Shown piece after piece: positions 58,514-64,000 of a DNA stretch of 64,000 nt. The notes under the pieces are model-generated. The model had not been told where the DNA came from and made no database searches. It worked only from the letters and a program-made list of their open reading frames with translations. Position 1 is the stretch's first letter; the number at the start of each line of letters is the position of its first letter. A program made the translations under genes and the position numbers. Location: IMG/VR virus record IMGVR_UViG_3300020185_000024, positions 1-64,000 of that record, one strand, 5' to 3'. The DNA comes from a virus.

Positions 58514-61500
58514 ATGGCTACAGCAAGACATACTTACTCAGGAGGATTAGATTCTGATACTAGCAATCTAAAATTTCAAGCTAATAAGCTTAGAGAATTA
58601 GTAGACTTAAGAATATATACAGATCAAGGAGAAACCTCTTTAGCATTATCTTCTGTAAAAGGAAATGTTAAAATGTTAGAGTTGCCTTCTATTAGAACGA
58701 TTGCTATTAAAGATGGTGTGTATAAAGGAGATACATTGCCGTCAGGTCATAATGTATTACTAACAGAAAGTTCTCTACCTAAATATCATAGAGGAAAAAT
58801 TATAACTACTACTGCTAATAGTTCATCTGGAGTATATAATGGCAACATGCTACAGTACTCTTATTATTATAATAAAGATACTTTAGATTTAGGTAATAGC
58901 TTTATTAGTAAAAATGACCATAAAATTATTGGTTGGACTACTATGAGAGATGATTTAATTGTATTCTCATCTACTAGTTCATCTTCTGCGCCAGACTCGA
59001 CTGCAAGATTTTGCATATGGAGAATAACTTATGATGATGATTTAACCTATACAATTCAAATGATGTACGTTGGAGCAATACCACACTCTACATACTACAT
59101 GCTTGAAACACATAGCAGACATGAAAACAATAAAGTAGAAAAAGTATATTGGACAGATGCTAAAGAAACTGTAAAACATTTTAACTTAGGAGCTGACAGC
59201 CCCCATGATATATCAAATAGCCAATTAGAATTTACACCAAACGGAGATTATTATGCTCCTAAATTTGTATCATACCTTCCTGGAGAACCTAAAGAAAAAG
59301 GTATGGTACAATATGCATACTCTCTATTTAATAGATCAGGTGCCGAGAGTAAAATATCACCTTTATCTTTACCTATCTATGTTAAAGATCAACAAGTTTC
59401 ATTTTCATTTTGGGCAGATTTAGCTTTTAATAATGCTAGAGTGTATAGAGTTCATTATGCTAATAGTACTGACATTCCTACTGTAACTTTAATGGAAGAT
59501 GTTCCTTATATTCCTCAAGAAAATAATTATATAGAAATATCAGACATAGGACAAACTTTAGCTACTCTCTCTTTAACAGAATTTTCTAACTTAGGAGGAG
59601 ATCCTAAAGTAGTAGAAACAATAGCAGAAAAAGATAATAGATTATTTCTTGGAGGTATTACAGAAAAAGAATTTGATTTAGATTGGGATGCTAGAGCATA
59701 TAGATTTAATTCTTCTAGTAATTGTAAAATATATAAAGCTAACGGAAAATCTACTGATCCTAGCACATATGCATTAGAAAAATCGTTTACCAGCTCTAAT
59801 TACCCTACGTTAACTGGAACAGAAAGTACATTTGATTGTTTTAATATATCTAATTTAGACTTAAGTGTTACAGGATACGATGGAAGTTATAAATTCCAAT
59901 CTAATGGAGGCACTGTAGGAGGAGAAGGTCCTAATATTCAATATCGTTTTGGAACAGGAAAAAGACCTTTTGGATTTACTAGAGAAACTGTTCATTCAGG
60001 ATATTCAAGTTTGTACCAAGACTATGTTCCAGCTAAAGGATACAAAAGAATGGAAATTTATAGATTTGGCATTCAGTTTTTAAATGAGTATGGTCAATGG
60101 TCTTTTGTAAAATGGATAGGAGATATTAAATTTCCTTCTTACCATTTAGATTTAAACGGAGAAGTTCAAATACCTCATTTAAGTGTAAAATTAAAAAATT
60201 TACCTGCAGAATGGAAAGCAGGATGGAAATGGAGAATTGTAAGAGCCAAAAGAAAACAAGCTGATAGAACTATAGCTACTCAAGGATTTATGATGCAAGG
60301 AGTTAAACCTCTTTGGCATATGGACGCTGCTGTAGGAGAAGGAACTAAGCCTGCTCCATATGCTCAACCAGAGACATTTTCTTACCCTTTTCATGGTCCT
60401 GGATTTCAACAAGGTTATTCATCGCCTACATATCATGGAGCTCTTGTTTACGGTACTCCTTATCCAGAACAAGAATTTACATCTGATTATGGAGTAAATT
60501 ATTTAGTTAGTCACGAAGGACATTATATAGATATATCATCAAAAGATGGAGATTATTTTTATCCTATAGCGTCTACTCATAATTATAAAACTGAATACAG
60601 AACTGAACCTATAGAGTTTAAGACTGATCAAGCTTCATCTGGATTTAAAACGTTTTACCATCGTAGATTAGATCAGAAATTGTGGGATAATTTAGTATAT
60701 CCTGATGATAATGACAAAAAATATACGCCAGGAAACATTGAAAAATTAACAGTTCAAAACAAACTTTATCAATTAGGAGACTATTCAACAAGAAATTCTA
60801 TGTGGAATAGACTCCTTTTTTCGCCTGAAGTAGGGTCTGCAGCTACTGAAAGTTATATATGTAGCGGAACTAATGTTATTGCTTGGACATCTTCAGGATT
60901 ACCTACTGGAGGAGGAAGCTTTTTAATAGACAAACCTTGCATTATAGATTTTAGAAAAATAGATAGAAGTCAATATGGAGGATATGCTCATCATCAAAGA
61001 GCTAATACTGAATACATACCTTGTTCAGAGCCTTTTACTAGCAACTATGCGTATGAAACAATATACGGAGGAGATACTGCTACTGCGTTATGCACTATTC
61101 TTAAAGCTTCTTTTGACGAAACTTGGGCAAACAATTATGGGGTGTCTTCTAATAAACAAATAGTAGAATGCGTATTAGAAACTAGCGTAATTCCAGCTTT
61201 TGAAGATTTAGAGAATCAAGACATGTTTGGAGAATTTAAAACTCAAAAAAGTGAATTTTTTAAATTTGATAGCGTATACACAAAAGAATCAGAATATCCT
61301 ACATATATTTCAAAACCTATTAATTTTAATGAAGTAACTAACTTTGATTTTATAATTAAAGCCTCTGAATCTAAATTTAATAATGAAATTATAGACTCGT
61401 ACACTAGATATTTAACTAATGTATTTTTAGAATTAGATCCCAGATATGGACCTATTAAGAAGCTTATTAATCATAAAGATGAGGTAATGTGCTTACAACA

Positions 61501-62413
61501 TAGCGGAGTAGCTCATATTAGTATCAATCCTAGAGTTCAAACTCAAGCAAACGATTCTAAGTCAATTGAACTAGGTTATGGAGGAGTATTGCATGATAAA
61601 AAGTATTTAAGTACTAAATCTGGAACATTAAATAAATGGTCTGTATTTTCTACTAAGAGTGCCGTATATTATTATGATACTCTTCAAAATAAAATAAAAG
61701 TTATAGGCAATAACATGGATATTTCAGATATAAAAAATATTCACGGAAAGCTTAAACAAATAAATTATTTAGATGATTATAAATTAGATAGACCTCTACA
61801 AGGATATGGAGTAATAGGTCAATACAATAATGAATTTTCTGAAGGATTGTTCGTATTTAAAAGTCCTCAAATAGTAGAAAGCAAAGTTTTAGCGTTTAAA
61901 GAAAGTTTAAATGGTGGTGCTGGAGCATTCTCTGGAGAATATAGATACCAACCTTATTCTTTAATTCAAGACAATAAAAACTTATTAAGCATAGATCCTG
62001 TAACTAAAAACTCTATATATGTTCATAACAGAGGAGATATATCAACTTACTACGGAATTGCGCCTAAACAATCATATCTACATATAGTTGTCAATGGAGG
62101 TTCAGACGTATCTAAAATATTCGATAATTGGACTTTCAACATGGAAGCTAAAGATTCTAGTGGAAATGACCTACCTGCTGTACATCCTCACTCATGCAGA
62201 GTATATAATGATTATCAAGATTCTGGTATAGTACCTTTTACTAACCTAGGCAATATAGCTAGACTTCAAAGAACTTGGGAAGCTAATATACCTAGACAAC
62301 AGAACTCTAGACTTACTATGAGAGGTCCTTGGTTAAATATCATACTATATTTTAATAACGATGACAATTATGAATATGTTATGAATGATTTGTATACTAC
62401 ATTTAGATCATAA
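58514..62413 (+). CDS. Tail muzzle/stabilisation protein
   Basis: 1299 aa; GGLDSD N-terminus, KVYWTD, YKRMEIYRFGI, GGDT, KIFDN, MRGPW. Confidence 0.8.
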   Translation: MATARHTYSGGLDSDTSNLKFQANKLRELVDLRIYTDQGETSLALSSVKGNVKMLELPSIRTIAIKDGVYKGDTLPSGHNVLLTESSLPKYHRGKIITTTANSSSGVYNGNMLQYSYYYNKDTLDLGNSFISKNDHKIIGWTTMRDDLIVFSSTSSSSAPDSTARFCIWRITYDDDLTYTIQMMYVGAIPHSTYYMLETHSRHENNKVEKVYWTDAKETVKHFNLGADSPHDISNSQLEFTPNGDYYAPKFVSYLPGEPKEKGMVQYAYSLFNRSGAESKISPLSLPIYVKDQQVSFSFWADLAFNNARVYRVHYANSTDIPTVTLMEDVPYIPQENNYIEISDIGQTLATLSLTEFSNLGGDPKVVETIAEKDNRLFLGGITEKEFDLDWDARAYRFNSSSNCKIYKANGKSTDPSTYALEKSFTSSNYPTLTGTESTFDCFNISNLDLSVTGYDGSYKFQSNGGTVGGEGPNIQYRFGTGKRPFGFTRETVHSGYSSLYQDYVPAKGYKRMEIYRFGIQFLNEYGQWSFVKWIGDIKFPSYHLDLNGEVQIPHLSVKLKNLPAEWKAGWKWRIVRAKRKQADRTIATQGFMMQGVKPLWHMDAAVGEGTKPAPYAQPETFSYPFHGPGFQQGYSSPTYHGALVYGTPYPEQEFTSDYGVNYLVSHEGHYIDISSKDGDYFYPIASTHNYKTEYRTEPIEFKTDQASSGFKTFYHRRLDQKLWDNLVYPDDNDKKYTPGNIEKLTVQNKLYQLGDYSTRNSMWNRLLFSPEVGSAATESYICSGTNVIAWTSSGLPTGGGSFLIDKPCIIDFRKIDRSQYGGYAHHQRANTEYIPCSEPFTSNYAYETIYGGDTATALCTILKASFDETWANNYGVSSNKQIVECVLETSVIPAFEDLENQDMFGEFKTQKSEFFKFDSVYTKESEYPTYISKPINFNEVTNFDFIIKASESKFNNEIIDSYTRYLTNVFLELDPRYGPIKKLINHKDEVMCLQHSGVAHISINPRVQTQANDSKSIELGYGGVLHDKKYLSTKSGTLNKWSVFSTKSAVYYYDTLQNKIKVIGNNMDISDIKNIHGKLKQINYLDDYKLDRPLQGYGVIGQYNNEFSEGLFVFKSPQIVESKVLAFKESLNGGAGAFSGEYRYQPYSLIQDNKNLLSIDPVTKNSIYVHNRGDISTYYGIAPKQSYLHIVVNGGSDVSKIFDNWTFNMEAKDSSGNDLPAVHPHSCRVYNDYQDSGIVPFTNLGNIARLQRTWEANIPRQQNSRLTMRGPWLNIILYFNNDDNYEYVMNDLYTTFRS

Positions 62414-62519
62414 CCTAAATCACACTGAGGACAATTAAATAATAAAATTTAATGTAAACCATAATAAAATTATTAAGTATTTGCATTGATTAGTTATAAC
62501 TATTTATATTTTTGCTACT

Positions 62520-64000
62520 ATGAAACCAAAAAGACTATTCAAATCTTCTACTACTAATTATATGTGGGCAGGAGGAAATCTACCACAAGAGATTAATTTA
62601 GGACAATCTAATGCTCAAGGATTAACTGTATCTAAACCTCAATATGAACATCCTGGAAATGCTGAATTAACTCAGTATACAATGGATCCTCAACAAATAG
62701 CTAATCAACCTATGGCTACAAACGATGCTCAATTGTTTGGTAATCCAGGAGGCGCAGGAGGAGGTTCTCCAGCAGGAGGAATTGCAAATGCTGCAGGTTC
62801 AGTAGCAGGAGTTATATCAGATTCAATAAAAGTTGATCAACAATCTATGGGTAATGAAACCTTAGGAACATTTAATTATGGAGATGCAAGCCAAATAACA
62901 AATAAATCAGCTCTAAAAGGATTTCAAACAGGAACTAAAATAGGTAGCACCTTTGGTCCTGTAGGAACTATAGTAGGTGGAGGAATAGGAGCAATAGCTG
63001 GTTCAATATCTGGAGGCAAAGAAGCTAGAAAACAAAGAGATGCTGCTCAAGATGCTTATGACAATGCTGTAGACAATCGCTTTGATAATATAGATGCTCA
63101 AAAAGGAAAATATGGAGGCAGACTTAAACAGTATGGTGATGGAGGAAAGCTTGAAAATGCTGGTAAAAGAGGTATGATGAAAGCTAAAATAGCTTTAGGT
63201 AGTGAATTTGGTAATCCAGCAGCTAGAAGAATGACTAGATATAATCCAGATACTTATACTTTTGAAGATGGAACAACAGGCACTCATTACATGGGCAGCT
63301 ACGGTAAACACGCAATTCCAGGTATACAAAAAGTAGATGGTAAAATGCAATTGTTAAATGATCCTAAAAGAGGTCCTGAAAGTATGGAATTTGAGTCATC
63401 TGAAGACGCTGAATACTTTGCAAAAAATTATAAAGATGTTGCTCCTATGATGAGAACTCAATTTAAAGATGGTGGAGATCTTACTGAATTTAATGGCCAG
63501 ACCCACGAGAATGGAGGTATTCAACTACCTGCTATGGATGCAGAGGTAGAAGACGGAGAAACTTCTGTAGATAACTATGTATTCTCAGATTCTTTAAGCT
63601 TAAATAAAGATATGATAAAAGATTTAGAACTTCCTAAAGGTTTGACAGGTAAGTCATTCGCAGATGCTTCTAAACATTTAAATAAAAAATTCCCAAGAGA
63701 AAACGATATGTTTGCCAACAAAGCCAAAGAAAGATATTTTGAAAGACTTAAAGCTTTTCAAGAATCTGTAAGACCTAAAGAGCCTAATGGATTATTCAGA
63801 GATGGAGGCTTTTTTAAAGATAGAGCAACTAGACAATCAGATAGAGATGTTGCAAGATGGCAAAAAGAAAATATAGCCAATAATACTGATCCTATAACTG
63901 TTAATGCTCCAAACAATCAACGAAGATTGACTATGGAACCTGGAAAAGCTAATGATGCAATAAATGGAATTTCTAGAATGGCTCCTATAATTACTTCAGG
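62520..64000 (+). CDS. Virion cargo/ejection protein, 5' part (runs off window)
   Basis: Partial hand translation from ATG 62520 (MKPKRLFKSS...): glycine zipper GPVGTIVGGGIGAIAG, THENGG...AEVEDGE...YVFSD, repeated aromatic-x(0-2)-GG motifs; TATTTTTG at 62507-62514. Confidence 0.75.
   Translation, partial: MKPKRLFKSSTTNYMWAGGNLPQEINLGQSNAQGLTVSKPQYEHPGNAELTQYTMDPQQIANQPMATNDAQLFGNPGGAGGGSPAGGIANAAGSVAGVISDSIKVDQQSMGNETLGTFNYGDASQITNKSALKGFQTGTKIGSTFGPVGTIVGGGIGAIAGSISGGKEARKQRDAAQDAYDNAVDNRFDNIDAQKGKYGGRLKQYGDGGKLENAGKRGMMKAKIALGSEFGNPAARRMTRYNPDTYTFEDGTTGTHYMGSYGKHAIPGIQKVDGKMQLLNDPKRGPESMEFESSEDAEYFAKNYKDVAPMMRTQFKDGGDLTEFNGQTHENGGIQLPAMDAEVEDGETSVDNYVFSDSLSLNKDMIKDLELPKGLTGKSFADASKHLNKKFPRENDMFANKAKERYFERLKAFQESVRPKEPNGLFRDGGFFKDRATRQSDRDVARWQKENIANNTDPITVNAPNNQRRLTMEPGKANDAINGISRMAPIITS

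Noticed and set aside
29145-61163. Numerous short minus-strand ORFs (and the nested plus-strand ORF 60975-61163) within the structural arm
   Set aside because: Shadows of long plus-strand genes with biased codon usage; no independent signals
1-64000. Stop-codon reassignment as seen in some Crassvirales
   Set aside because: Standard-code ORFs tile both arms densely, large genes are unbroken, TAG and TGA serve as real stops, and no suppressor tRNA was seen

Overview
This AT-rich 64 kb window is part of a crAss-like (Crassvirales-type) podophage genome that probably infects Bacteroidota; it uses the standard genetic code. The minus strand (1-26355) carries replication/repair and early genes: a variant UDG, a 5'-3' exonuclease, RusA, primase, an AAA ATPase, a DnaB-like helicase, an SF2 helicase, PolB and an SplB-like radical SAM protein. 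The plus strand (26396-64000) carries the virion module: TerL, portal, major capsid, ring/hub/fibre proteins, lysis genes, muzzle and a partial cargo protein. Three things stand out. (1) A phage tmRNA gene (21302-20065, minus) whose tag stop codon overlaps (TAATG) the start of a 78-aa basic ORF nested inside the tmRNA loop; its T-loop is also interrupted by a group I intron carrying an antisense LAGLIDADG endonuclease. (2) A compact Ubl / E2-like / JAB / E1 ubiquitin-like conjugation cluster (2817-6571). (3) A tRNA-like element with a 31-nt anticodon loop that ends 2 nt before the PolB start codon. All product calls come from motifs read by eye and from gene order; no database searches were run.
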